Position numbers and translations under genes: made by a program. A stretch of 64,000 bases of DNA from Deferribacterales bacterium. GTDB taxonomy: Bacteria; Chrysiogenota; Deferribacteres; Deferribacterales; Geovibrionaceae. Of this stretch, positions 10,256 to 19,150 are shown in pieces (position 1 is the first letter of the stretch; the number at the start of each line of letters is the position of its first letter). The DNA lies in assembly GCA_050253075.1 (NCBI GenBank), contig JBFWJS010000001.1:576001-640000 (forward strand). The letters are read 5' to 3'. The notes beneath the pieces were generated by a model that made no database searches, was not told where the DNA came from, and saw only the letters and a list, made by a program, of their open reading frames with translations.

Positions 10256-10612
10256 TTATTCGAGTTCGTCCTTCAGTGACAACGCATAGGAACTTCTATT
10301 GATGATAGCACGGATATGACTCTCTGAAAGACCAAACTCCTTAGCCAGATCTCTTTGATTAGAACCCGTAAACTTTTTCATGATCTGCCTATCTCTCTCT
10401 GGTCTAAACATCTGCTTTGTAGAATGAATGTAAATGTTCATGCCGCCAGTCTGAGAACCGACAACGAGTACAGAACGGACTGCGATCCTTTCGGCTGAAG
10501 ACTCGGAAATGCCTTCTTTGCAGGCGGCCGAAAAAATCGCCTCCGCAACTATTCTGGAATCTCCGGAGAGATCGTCAAGTTTTACTATCTGATCTTCAGG
10601 CTGCCACTTCAT
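10256..10612 (-). CDS. mor: Mor/C-family transcription activator
   Basis: GGMNIYI...RDRQIMKKFTGSNQRDLAKEFGLSESHIRAII, typical of the Mor family. Confidence 0.88.
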   Translation of the reverse strand: MKWQPEDQIVKLDDLSGDSRIVAEAIFSAACKEGISESSAERIAVRSVLVVGSQTGGMNIYIHSTKQMFRPERDRQIMKKFTGSNQRDLAKEFGLSESHIRAIINRSSYALSLKDELE

Positions 10613-11385
10613 CAGTCTGACTCTCTCTGTAATTTGGCCGCAGTTTGGGCAACCTTTGCAAGCAGTACTGCAGAATGTGTTAAGCTGCCGTCAGGAGCAA
10701 TCAGCTTGTTGTGATTGAGATAAGCAAGCTCAGCTCGTGATACAAGTATCAGATTTTCAAGAGTGATGTTCTGTTTGTCTCCATCAGCAAATATGATTGC
10801 ATGGCCTTCGGGTATTTCGCCGTGCGCATTTTCCCATATCATACGGTGCTTATATTTCCATACATTAGGTTCGCTGATTTTAACTTTAAGATAGCCGTCT
10901 CTGTCAGTAATTTCTGTGCCGACCTCGACAGCATTTTTAGGACGGTTCCCTTTTTTGAATGATGTGCGATTAGCACCCATAAAACCTTTCTTGCCTTTAT
11001 CCCAGGGGATGTGTCCTTTTTTAAAACGAGTGTTACGGCCATTACATAGATGATTCACTGAACATATCCGTTTGATAGAGTCACGGCCGTGATCAGTCTT
11101 GAAGTGCTCATTAAACAATAATGTTAGTTCAGCAATACTACGACCAGTGATATTCTCTTTAAGGAAGTCTATATGCACAGCAAAAAACTTTTGATTAGGT
11201 GACTGCCCTCTGCGGTGTCCACGAGGGCAGTCATTTGTGAGTTCATGCCTTTTGCATGTACTCCTAATCTGGTCTACAGACAAGGCAAGCCCAAACTCAG
11301 AGTTAAATAACTCTGTCAGATCCTTATAGCTTATACCTTTGATATTCTGCTTTAAGAATGTAATATGAAAATTCATATACCTCAT
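10612..11385 (-). CDS. HNH-endonuclease-like protein (HNH_3 type) with repeated N-terminal helical domain
   Basis: KHRMIWENAHGEIPEGHAIIFADGDKQNITLENLILV and FKKGH.PW.KG motifs. Confidence 0.8.
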   Translation of the reverse strand: MRYMNFHITFLKQNIKGISYKDLTELFNSEFGLALSVDQIRSTCKRHELTNDCPRGHRRGQSPNQKFFAVHIDFLKENITGRSIAELTLLFNEHFKTDHGRDSIKRICSVNHLCNGRNTRFKKGHIPWDKGKKGFMGANRTSFKKGNRPKNAVEVGTEITDRDGYLKVKISEPNVWKYKHRMIWENAHGEIPEGHAIIFADGDKQNITLENLILVSRAELAYLNHNKLIAPDGSLTHSAVLLAKVAQTAAKLQRESD

Positions 11386-11386
11386 C

Positions 11387-11641
11387 TTAATCTTGAGCCT
11401 CTATTGCAGTTTTACTGTTAAAGACATCGGGCATATCACCATATACTTCTCCTTTCTGAGCAGCTATGTGAGCTTTCAGCACTAAAGCATTATTTGCAAT
11501 AATTTGCTTTGATACGTCTGTAATAGCCTTTGCTCTGATAATCTCTGTTTTCAATTCATCTCCCGTGGTTTCTTCATCAGAGAGTCTTTCTAACTGTGCA
11601 AACAAGTGGTTTGTTAGGTCGATACTTTTGTTCTTTGGCAT
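11387..11641 (-). CDS. Conserved phage protein (LxNHLFAQLERL family), HNH-associated
   Basis: 84-aa ORF with AAGGAG RBS, stop directly adjacent to the HNH gene start. Confidence 0.75.
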   Translation of the reverse strand: MPKNKSIDLTNHLFAQLERLSDEETTGDELKTEIIRAKAITDVSKQIIANNALVLKAHIAAQKGEVYGDMPDVFNSKTAIEAQD

Positions 11642-11657
11642 TGTTGTCTCCTTATAT

Positions 11658-11720
11658 TGGTCTGCCTCATCAGTGCGGAGAGACCATTCTCCACAGACGC
11701 TCCATGCGGAGCGTTTCGGC
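11658..11720 (-). ncRNA. Type II hammerhead ribozyme with pseudoknot
   Basis: Minus strand reads GCC-GAAA-CGCUCC(GCAU)GGAGCG-UC-UGUGGAGA(AUGGUC)UCUCCGCA-CUGAUGA-GGC-AGACCA. Full catalytic core and three stems are present, and 3' GACCA pairs with loop UGGUC. Confidence 0.93.
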
Positions 11721-11992
11721 TATGATTCGGTTGATTTTAATAGTGTGTCTTTTACAGAGTTGAATATGAACTCAGCAGCCTCCTCTGCTGCTTCTTGTGT
11801 AAATTCATCAAAGCATCTGCATAGCTCTTCTATGCCTTCATCAGAGTCGTTATAGTTAAAGCTAAAGCTAGCTCCTCCTAAACCTTCAGGCCTAACTTTA
11901 ACACTGATACTAGGTTCATCTTCATGATCCTCTTTCAGTACAAGGATCTGTCCATATTTCTCTGTCTCATATAGTTTTGCGAACTTGTCCAT
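11720..11992 (-). CDS. Phage hypothetical protein
   Basis: 90-aa ORF with GGAG RBS in the early operon. Confidence 0.7.
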   Translation of the reverse strand: MDKFAKLYETEKYGQILVLKEDHEDEPSISVKVRPEGLGGASFSFNYNDSDEGIEELCRCFDEFTQEAAEEAAEFIFNSVKDTLLKSTES

Positions 11993-12002
11993 TCTCTACT
12001 CC

Positions 12003-12215
12003 TTATTTGATGAGTTCTTTTGTTTGTTTGATTACTGCTTCTTTCTCTTCATCTGTCAGTTTGTGGTTATTAACGACTGTTTCGATGATGAGACGATATT
12101 CTTTAATGACTTCTATTTTGCGTTTATCACTTAAGTTCAAGCTGTATAAACAAGAGCCCAAGGCTAAAAGCAGAAATACGAAAACGCCTACAATAACTAA
12201 AGTGGCTTCATTCAT
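12003..12215 (-). CDS. Small phage membrane protein
   Basis: N-terminal hydrophobic helix, RBS, overlaps the stop of the upstream gene. Confidence 0.65.
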   Translation of the reverse strand: MNEATLVIVGVFVFLLLALGSCLYSLNLSDKRKIEVIKEYRLIIETVVNNHKLTDEEKEAVIKQTKELIK

Positions 12216-12741
12216 TGTCTACTCCTTTGTTCATGTTTGCTTTTTTCCAGTCTTTGAAAGACATGCCAGGGTTTTCACGTTTACAGTCCAGATATGGCTG
12301 CACATAATCTGAGATGTCTGATGTGGAGATCCCTGTCATTTGTTTCAGTTTTTCTATTACTTTCTGAGCGTCCCAGTCGAAGAATAACTGATTGTCTGTA
12401 AAGTCTATGAGTCCTTTATCGTGCTGTTTCTGCAGCCAGAGTTCGAAGCCGTTTTCGTATTTCCAGGGATACTGGTCTGCCAGAAACTGAATAAGACGGA
12501 GCTGGCTTTCTGAGATGCCGCCGCCTTGCTGTTTCTTCGGTCTATTCTTTGGTCTGCGCTTCATCTTGAAGCCTTTCTTTTTCAGCTCGTCTATGAGCTG
12601 AGTCGCCTGGAAGTATGTCAGTTCCTTTGAACTCTTCACTTTAAATCTGGCGAGCATGTCTCTGTATGTGTCCTCATCCATGCCGAGCTTCGTCTTTGCA
12701 ACGTGTATCAGCGTTATCTGCTTTGCTTCTATCATCCTCAT
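12208..12741 (-). CDS. gemA: Mu gp16/GemA-family regulatory protein
   Basis: KQITLIHVAKTKLGMDEDTYRDML...SSKELT motif. GAGGT RBS before ATG 12741. Confidence 0.85.
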   Translation of the reverse strand: MRMIEAKQITLIHVAKTKLGMDEDTYRDMLARFKVKSSKELTYFQATQLIDELKKKGFKMKRRPKNRPKKQQGGGISESQLRLIQFLADQYPWKYENGFELWLQKQHDKGLIDFTDNQLFFDWDAQKVIEKLKQMTGISTSDISDYVQPYLDCKRENPGMSFKDWKKANMNKGVDNE

Positions 12742-12866
12742 GTGTACCTCTTTAAGCCCCTGCGCCCACAAAGGGGCACAGGGTTTGTTAAGGGGGGGAA
12801 ATGGCTGGGGGAAGTAAACCCCACTGGAGGCTCGACAAGCAAGCCGCCAGCGGGACACACATCCCG

Positions 12867-13484
12867 CTATTTGTCTTTAATATCTAGCTTCGCTATGTCC
12901 AGGCTGATAGCTTTCCATTCGCTTTCTGGTGTATCCCTCTCGTAGAATCTGATATAGTTCTTGCTGCCTGTTACAACGATGGAATCGCTGATGATATCCA
13001 TAGCCTTTTTCCACTCTGCCTCTTCTATCGCTAGGCGGCGGAGACCGAGAAGGCGGGACACGGATATTTTGCCTTCTTTGTCCACCTCAAAAGCATCCAT
13101 GACAACTACCTTCAGGTTTACGTTTGCTCCATCGCTCCATTCCTGAATCAGGTCGTCAATGATCGCTTTTGCAGCCTTCAGGCTTTCGTCAAATGTTATG
13201 TGTTCGCTAACCTGGATATTTACCTTCATACAGCCACAGTAGCTAAGTAGGCTGATATTGCCTTTCTTCCCTCCCAGCTCCACGCCGTGTTCGGCGGCGA
13301 TGAGATCAACGAAGTCGTTGACCTGATTTGTCGCCTCTGTCTTAAAATGCTGTAAGCCTGCCTGCTCGCACTTTGCATCTGCTATGAGCTTTTTCACAAG
13401 CTCGTCACGGAGCAGATCAGCAGGCTTTACCTTATCCGTTGGAACCATATGACCCTGTGCATTTGTTAAGAATCCGTCCATCAT
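12867..13484 (-). CDS. DUF3164-like transposable-phage protein
   Basis: NAQGHMVP..VKP.D.LRD, GGKKGNISL.S, WKKAMDII.DS...GSKNYIRFYER motifs. Confidence 0.85.
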   Translation of the reverse strand: MMDGFLTNAQGHMVPTDKVKPADLLRDELVKKLIADAKCEQAGLQHFKTEATNQVNDFVDLIAAEHGVELGGKKGNISLLSYCGCMKVNIQVSEHITFDESLKAAKAIIDDLIQEWSDGANVNLKVVVMDAFEVDKEGKISVSRLLGLRRLAIEEAEWKKAMDIISDSIVVTGSKNYIRFYERDTPESEWKAISLDIAKLDIKDK

Positions 13485-13693
13485 TCACCTCTGATGTTTT
13501 TATAGTATGTCCCAAGAGACTCTGCTCCCTGAGACCTGAACTCTTCCATAAGATCAAACACATCTATGCTGTCCACTAGCTGACTTGTTGCTTCTGTAAA
13601 ATCCATATAATCTTTTGCACTAAGTGCCAGTGTTCGCAGCTCTTCTTTTTGCTCTCTGATCTTCTTTTGCCTTTGTGTCGCTAGCCCTTCCAT
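13481..13693 (-). CDS. Phage hypothetical protein
   Basis: 70-aa ORF packed in the operon. Confidence 0.6.
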   Translation of the reverse strand: MEGLATQRQKKIREQKEELRTLALSAKDYMDFTEATSQLVDSIDVFDLMEEFRSQGAESLGTYYKNIRGE

Positions 13694-13701
13694 TTCTTCA
13701 C

Positions 13702-14892
13702 CTATGCCTTGAAGATAACGTCTGCGGTTACAAGCTCTTCGCCTATATTCGCTGCGAAGTTCATAGCCTTTGCCACAAGGTTATTAATAGTTAGAGGGTA
13801 TGTGTGATACTCAACGTCACCGAGCTTACCTCTTGATTTCAGCTTTCTATAGATAGCTTCATAGGCATCTTTGGCAAAGATAGTGGAGATGTTCTTACAG
13901 CCTACTCTGTTGAACTTGTGGATAAGATACTTCTCCACTTCTTCCTGTGTCATGCCTGTGATCTGAGCTTTATCCATACGGCGTGTAAGCTCTCTGAGGT
14001 CGTGTCGTTTATCTGATAGAGTGGTCTCCAGCTCTGGCTGCCCAAAGAAGACAACACCGCAAAGAGACTGAAAACCGTTCTTTAGCTCTGCGATCCTCTT
14101 CACAGACTTGAGAGCTTTGATGTTTAGCAGTTCTGCATCTTCGATGAATAAGACTTGCTGATATCCGGTTTCGCACCTGTTAGTAAGCAGCTGGATAGCC
14201 TGTCTGGATTTCTGCTCTCTTCGGATCTTCGGCTTTTCCTCCGGAGCTATGTCCATGATGATAGCATCCAGAAGAGACTCCGGTGTGATGCTGGACTTGT
14301 CCAGTATCTGAGGGAAGATCACCTTTATACCTTCGTCCTCCAGCTGCTCTGCTGCTGCCATGCGGATAGCGGATTTACCACAGCCGACTTCGCCATAGAC
14401 AGCGAACATGCCTTTATGATGTGCGGTTGAAAGGATCATCTCTTTTACGAATAGGTGATCCTCTGAATAGTAGATATCATCGACACTGTTTATGTCGCCT
14501 ACGAATGGATTTTTAAACAGCTTGAAATACTTCATTGTTCTCATGTTTATCATCTCTGCCTCCTCTGGCTCTGCTTCAAACTCTGCTGCTTTTTTCAGCT
14601 GAAATGGTTTCTTCCTCTCTTGTCCTGCTATGCGTCCTCTGCCGATCTTTCCGCTTTCCTCGTCATCCAGCCAGAGGTCTGCCATCGTGTACTCGTTTGT
14701 ATCCATCCACTCTGTGAGCTTTGGGTATACTTCAAAAGCCTTTGCTATTTTTTCGTCAAACTGCTCTCTCTTCGCAGGGAAGACTCCCTTCACAGCGAGA
14801 GATAAGGCCGCTGGGCTGAAGCCTGCTGTCTTTGATAACTGTGCCTGGCTGATACCGTTCTCACGAAGACATCGTTTCAGTAGTGCCTGCAT
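13702..14892 (-). CDS. Transposition AAA ATPase (ExeA-like, MuB counterpart) with N-terminal HTH
   Basis: Walker A GEVGCGKS, Walker B LFIEDAE, FFGQPEL. Follows the transposase. Confidence 0.88.
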   Translation of the reverse strand: MQALLKRCLRENGISQAQLSKTAGFSPAALSLAVKGVFPAKREQFDEKIAKAFEVYPKLTEWMDTNEYTMADLWLDDEESGKIGRGRIAGQERKKPFQLKKAAEFEAEPEEAEMINMRTMKYFKLFKNPFVGDINSVDDIYYSEDHLFVKEMILSTAHHKGMFAVYGEVGCGKSAIRMAAAEQLEDEGIKVIFPQILDKSSITPESLLDAIIMDIAPEEKPKIRREQKSRQAIQLLTNRCETGYQQVLFIEDAELLNIKALKSVKRIAELKNGFQSLCGVVFFGQPELETTLSDKRHDLRELTRRMDKAQITGMTQEEVEKYLIHKFNRVGCKNISTIFAKDAYEAIYRKLKSRGKLGDVEYHTYPLTINNLVAKAMNFAANIGEELVTADVIFKA

Positions 14893-16534
14893 CTGTGTCT
14901 CCTCCTTCTGTTATTTCCCACACGATCTTCTCAGCTTCCTTCAGTGATACTGACGATCCATACTTGTCACGCAGTTCCTGATTCATACCCTTTGGTATAC
15001 TGCCGAGCTTTTTAGATATCCTGTCGAGTACATCAATTATGGGGATGCGCTTATCCTCCAGTGTCTCTATCTTTGCGAGCTCGTGTGCTGTGCCGTGTTT
15101 TGAAATGTATTCGGGAACATCTTCTGATCTGTTGCCCATGACTGTGAGACTGCCACCGAAAGGCAGGTCTCCTTTTTTTCTATTGTCTCCGTATGCGAGG
15201 TTTTCTGATATTGCTTCCTGCTTTTGCAGGTCTGACTCTGGCAGTGCTTTGTACTCCTGCCCGATGATCGGTGCATCCTCTCTGAACCCTGCTTCGTTCT
15301 TTGCTATTGGTTCGACAATGTATTCCTGATCGTTGAACACCACGCCGATCTTCGGCCAGTCGAATACACGCAGGACAACCTGTACCTTGCTCTTGCGTGG
15401 AATGATGCCTGGTATCATGCGCAGGTCGTAGTCCAGAGTGCGGAACGGGATAGCATAGTGAGCGTCAACTGTCCTAGGTACTTCCGGCTCACGAAAGAGA
15501 TCCTGAAGCAGCTTCCTCTCCGGAAGGTTGATAAGCTGCTCTGGCTTGATTGTCATCCAGAGTGAGTTTCTGCTCTGCTTTGTTCTGCGGTGTATGCGTT
15601 CTGAGTTTATGGAAATACACCAGTCTGTGACCCATGTGTTGATATCTTCCAGAGAGTGAGCCGGCTGCAGACGGAGCCCTGATTCGAAACTGCCTTCGAC
15701 AAAATTATGCATACGTTCCACAGCACCCTGTATCTGTGACTGGTACGGCGTTGACTTTGGAGTTTCGACATTCAGCCTCTTCAGCCAGCCCATGATAGTC
15801 TTGCTCATGTTCGCAGAGCCGTGGTCTCTCAGGAGCTGGGCAGGTACACCTCTGAATGGCAGCTTGCCGCTCTTTTCTTCCCATGCGGAGATGAGGAAGT
15901 CGAAAAGGTCTGCCTGTGTCTCACCGCTGCTGTAGTAATACTTTACGTAGATAGCCCCGCTGTAGTGGTCTACCAGGACATAGCGCAGCAGACGCTGCTT
16001 TATCTGTTTGAAGTTTTCGATCTTGTTTTTATATAAAGACTTCTCGTCTCTCAGTCCGATCTGTCCGTCTTTCAGGTAATACTGGATACAGACCGAGGAA
16101 TCCACAACATGAACGTGGTTCGGGTGCAGGCTTCTCATCTGGACTGCCGGCTTTGCTGTTCCCATTGTCTTTTTGTCCATTTGTCTGTCCTTTAGGATGC
16201 GGTTCAGAGTGCTTACGCTTACGCTTCCTTTTTCTATTACGCCGTTGTTTTCGGCTATGCGCAGAGCCTCATTCATGGGCATGTGTGCGCCTTTGTTCTC
16301 TCTGGATGTTGTCATCAGCAGAGAGTGCAGGAACTGTATCTGATGCTTATTCATAGTACACTTGCCTGCGTCTGTTCTCTTTTGTCTGCCGCTGGAGAAG
16401 CCGTTTGCACGGGCTCTGCGGTAGAGCGTTGATTCGCACAGACCCGTTGTTTTCTGATACGCTTTGATTATCTCTCTTCGGGCAGAGGGGGTATCAGCTT
16501 TTTGCAGTTTCTCTGCCAGTTCCCTTTCCCACAT
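14861..16534 (-). CDS. DDE transposase (B3-type MuA counterpart)
   Basis: RSLHPNHVHVVDSS, LVDHYSG, RDHGSAN, GAVERMHNFVE catalytic motifs. Confidence 0.9.
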   Translation of the reverse strand: MWERELAEKLQKADTPSARREIIKAYQKTTGLCESTLYRRARANGFSSGRQKRTDAGKCTMNKHQIQFLHSLLMTTSRENKGAHMPMNEALRIAENNGVIEKGSVSVSTLNRILKDRQMDKKTMGTAKPAVQMRSLHPNHVHVVDSSVCIQYYLKDGQIGLRDEKSLYKNKIENFKQIKQRLLRYVLVDHYSGAIYVKYYYSSGETQADLFDFLISAWEEKSGKLPFRGVPAQLLRDHGSANMSKTIMGWLKRLNVETPKSTPYQSQIQGAVERMHNFVEGSFESGLRLQPAHSLEDINTWVTDWCISINSERIHRRTKQSRNSLWMTIKPEQLINLPERKLLQDLFREPEVPRTVDAHYAIPFRTLDYDLRMIPGIIPRKSKVQVVLRVFDWPKIGVVFNDQEYIVEPIAKNEAGFREDAPIIGQEYKALPESDLQKQEAISENLAYGDNRKKGDLPFGGSLTVMGNRSEDVPEYISKHGTAHELAKIETLEDKRIPIIDVLDRISKKLGSIPKGMNQELRDKYGSSVSLKEAEKIVWEITEGGDTDAGTTETMSS

Positions 16535-16536
16535 GC

Positions 16537-17565
16537 TTAATCCTTTGGTACTTTGTTATCGCACTTATATGTCTGAAAACCGTCACTGTAGAAATCTCTG
16601 CGTTCGCATGTGTCGCCTTTCTGGCATGTGTCGCACGGCAGCTCCGGCATGGCGTTGTCTGCTGCTGTGAAGCTGTCGCTGTATGCTGTGCCTTGCATCA
16701 CATCGTTAAAGATTTCTTCCAGATCTTTGACAACAGATATGTACTCTGCCTCCATCGTCGGTGTCATATCCTGTGGGAGATTGTGACGCTCCAGCTTTAT
16801 CAGCTGGCCCTTTGCGATTATCTTTATATTCTGTATATTACGAATAAATTTCTGCTCGTCTGCTGAGATGCCCAAAGCCTCTGCGGAGGCTTCATGCTTT
16901 GCCAGCTCGGATGCCATATCATCTATGGTTTTCTGCTTTGCAGAGATAACCTTTTGAGATGTTTTATTGAGCTGCTTTTCACGCTCTATTTGTTCGTCTT
17001 TCTTTTTCAGCAGGCCTTCCAGTGCTTCTTTTAACTCGTCTTTGTCGGTGAGGGGGATCTCTGTCTGGTCTCCGGATGCATCTATAATGATTCTGTCGTC
17101 TTGTATGGACAGTGTGCCTTCGGCTGCCTGACTGCGGAGCTGACGAAGCTCTCTATAACCAAGTCCAAAAGTGGCGACTGTCGCCAAAAACTCTTCGCCC
17201 AGAGCTTGTAGATTCTGTAAGTTTTCATCAGCCTGCCTACGTGAGATACCTATTGATTGACAGTAGTTTTCCCATGTTCCGATGCCTGGCATGTCTTTAT
17301 AGACTTTGTTTTCTTTGACTTTTTTTAGAAGCATAAAAGTGGCGACTGTCGCCACTTTTGAAATAAAACTGACTCCCTCTATGCGTCCAGTAAGTTTGAA
17401 TGCATCTGCTATCAGAGCCTCTCTCTCCTGCTGGTTTACAGGCTGAAGGGCTTGCTCCTCCATAACCTCTTCGGCTACTACTTCTTCTGCCGCTGCGAGG
17501 TCTAGCTCTGCTCTGTCGGCTGCTGCCTGTGTTTCATCTATTGTTTCTTTCTTTTTCCCTGCCAT
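16537..17565 (-). CDS. Phage DNA-binding/coiled-coil protein upstream of transposase
   Basis: TWENYCQSIGISRRQADENL HTH-like segment followed by coiled coil. Confidence 0.7.
   Translation of the reverse strand: MAGKKKETIDETQAAADRAELDLAAAEEVVAEEVMEEQALQPVNQQEREALIADAFKLTGRIEGVSFISKVATVATFMLLKKVKENKVYKDMPGIGTWENYCQSIGISRRQADENLQNLQALGEEFLATVATFGLGYRELRQLRSQAAEGTLSIQDDRIIIDASGDQTEIPLTDKDELKEALEGLLKKKDEQIEREKQLNKTSQKVISAKQKTIDDMASELAKHEASAEALGISADEQKFIRNIQNIKIIAKGQLIKLERHNLPQDMTPTMEAEYISVVKDLEEIFNDVMQGTAYSDSFTAADNAMPELPCDTCQKGDTCERRDFYSDGFQTYKCDNKVPKD
17167..17359. repeat. 20-bp direct repeat with palindromic core (AAAAGTGGCGACTGTCGCCA) inside CDS
   Basis: Copies at 17167-17186 and 17335-17354. 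The second extends to a 25-bp palindrome at 17335-17359. Confidence 0.9.
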
Positions 17566-17616
17566 TTCTTCCTCCTGTCCTCGGCATCTGTGTTATAATC
17601 AGATCAGAGGTGACAT

Positions 17617-17829
17617 ATGCTTAGTGATCAATCTGTTGAATTCGCTTGTGGAAATTGCAACCATAAGCTCCATGTAAAAATGAAGGACATGAAGCCTGGT
17701 GGAAGTATTACTTGCCCGTCCTGTGGAGCTATTACTAACTTTACGGGAGATGACATATCAAAGCCCGTTGCCCAGTTTGATAAAGCCATCTCTGATATCC
17801 AGAAGGCTTTCAAAAAGTTTGGTAAATAA
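17617..17829 (+). CDS. Small zinc-ribbon protein, antisense to the early operon
   Basis: CGNC...CPSC, GAGGTG RBS, extended -10 TGTTATAAT at 17591-17599. Confidence 0.75.
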   Translation: MLSDQSVEFACGNCNHKLHVKMKDMKPGGSITCPSCGAITNFTGDDISKPVAQFDKAISDIQKAFKKFGK

Positions 17830-17976
17830 CTCTTCGGCCTCTTGGCTGAGTGTTGCTACCTGCTCTTTTGATTCTATACGGTTGATTACTTTTGCGGTGC
17901 TCTGTATTGCTATGATCAGGTCTTGCTTTGCTCCTTCGTTTACGAGGAGCTCTATCTGTAATTCTCTCTTTGCCAT
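17758..17976 (-). CDS. Phage hypothetical protein
   Basis: 72-aa ORF with AAGGAG RBS. Its 3' end overlaps the convergent zinc-ribbon gene. Confidence 0.55.
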   Translation of the reverse strand: MAKRELQIELLVNEGAKQDLIIAIQSTAKVINRIESKEQVATLSQEAEELFTKLFESLLDIRDGFIKLGNGL

Positions 17977-17986
17977 CTTTATCTCC

Positions 17987-18187
17987 TTACATTAAGACGT
18001 AGACTTTCTGGTCTTCGTCATAGGTGTATTCATATGTGCCTTCAGATGTTTTAAAAACTATGTAGTCGTAGGGTACACAGTCGTCTCCGATATATGGTTT
18101 CGCATCTGCTGCATACTCTGACAGCATCGCCATCTGATTTGGGGTGTATGTGTCTCTTGGTAGAGTGCTGTATAATCCTTTGCTCAT
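17987..18187 (-). CDS. Phage hypothetical protein
   Basis: 66-aa ORF tightly packed in the operon. Confidence 0.6.
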   Translation of the reverse strand: MSKGLYSTLPRDTYTPNQMAMLSEYAADAKPYIGDDCVPYDYIVFKTSEGTYEYTYDEDQKVYVLM

Positions 18188-18188
18188 G

Positions 18189-18446
18189 TTATGGCCCCAG
18201 TCTATTAAGAGTGAGTTGTCTGTTTCGCCACTCTGCGAGAGACTTTGTCTGCTCTGCCTCTTCGGGAGTGAGCAGGACGCCAGACGGCCTTACGTTGTCG
18301 GTGAAGACTTCGCAGTATTCTGCTGTGCAGTAGAACGCTGATGAAGATCCGTCTGAAGATTTAAGGAATTGCTTAGCCTCGCTGCGGCATGAGCCACAGC
18401 AGTCGAATATGAGCTCATGCTTTGTCTTTGGCAGATCCTTTCTCAT
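18189..18446 (-). CDS. Phage hypothetical Cys-rich protein
   Basis: 85-aa ORF with ATGA overlap to the upstream gene. Confidence 0.6.
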   Translation of the reverse strand: MRKDLPKTKHELIFDCCGSCRSEAKQFLKSSDGSSSAFYCTAEYCEVFTDNVRPSGVLLTPEEAEQTKSLAEWRNRQLTLNRLGP

Positions 18447-19150
18447 AGCTCGTCTTCCTTATTAAAAAAGGATGTGGGCTTGCCGCACTTTGGGCAGTAT
18501 GGATCATCTGCCAGACCTATTGCGGTGTGTCCGCAATTGTTGCATTCCTGATGACACTGACGGAGATCCCCGCCACATGTGCGGCAAAATCTATCTGTGG
18601 TGTCTTTCACTGGCTCTTTGCATGACTTGCATGTGTGGGCTGTAGTTGTGTCTTCCTGCTTTTCTGGCTCGGCTTCATCAAAGAATCTTTCAGATATGTC
18701 ACAACCTGACCATAGAGGATATGTGCGACAATCGAACCAGACAGAGCCTGATCTGAAATCCTCTGGCCAGAGTGTGCGCATGGCTTCTGATTTACCATAC
18801 TGCTTTGCAGGTTCGGTGAAAACAATACGATCTTTTAATGAGAGAGGAAACTGTCTGAGAAACGCTAACTGATAAGAGCCCAGACCTCTCTCTGCTCTCT
18901 TGATAGACTCTAAGGCAGCAAATGCTGTGGCTGCTGCCTGAACGAGTTCTCTTTCCGCATCGGCAATGGTTTCGGCTTTTTCTATCTTATGACAGATGCC
19001 CTCTATGATGAGTCCCCATTGGTTCATTGAGTGGGTGTCATCGTGGTCTGAGCCGCCCCATTTCGTGTCTTGTCTCTGGCGTTCTGCTTCGACAAGTTTG
19101 AATATCTGATGCATATCATCAGTCATCGGTATGAAGTGTTTCTTAGTCAT
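18443..19150 (-). CDS. Phage protein with MazG-like helical N-terminus and double zinc-ribbon C-terminus
   Basis: AERQRQDTKWG...ERELVQAAA motif and four CxxC pairs at the C-terminus. Confidence 0.65.
   Translation of the reverse strand: MTKKHFIPMTDDMHQIFKLVEAERQRQDTKWGGSDHDDTHSMNQWGLIIEGICHKIEKAETIADAERELVQAAATAFAALESIKRAERGLGSYQLAFLRQFPLSLKDRIVFTEPAKQYGKSEAMRTLWPEDFRSGSVWFDCRTYPLWSGCDISERFFDEAEPEKQEDTTTAHTCKSCKEPVKDTTDRFCRTCGGDLRQCHQECNNCGHTAIGLADDPYCPKCGKPTSFFNKEDEL

Noticed and set aside
12800..12850. tRNA gene in the gemA upstream region
   Set aside because: The T-arm-like hairpin lacks TTC and no 7-bp acceptor stem can be formed. Kept only as a structured element.
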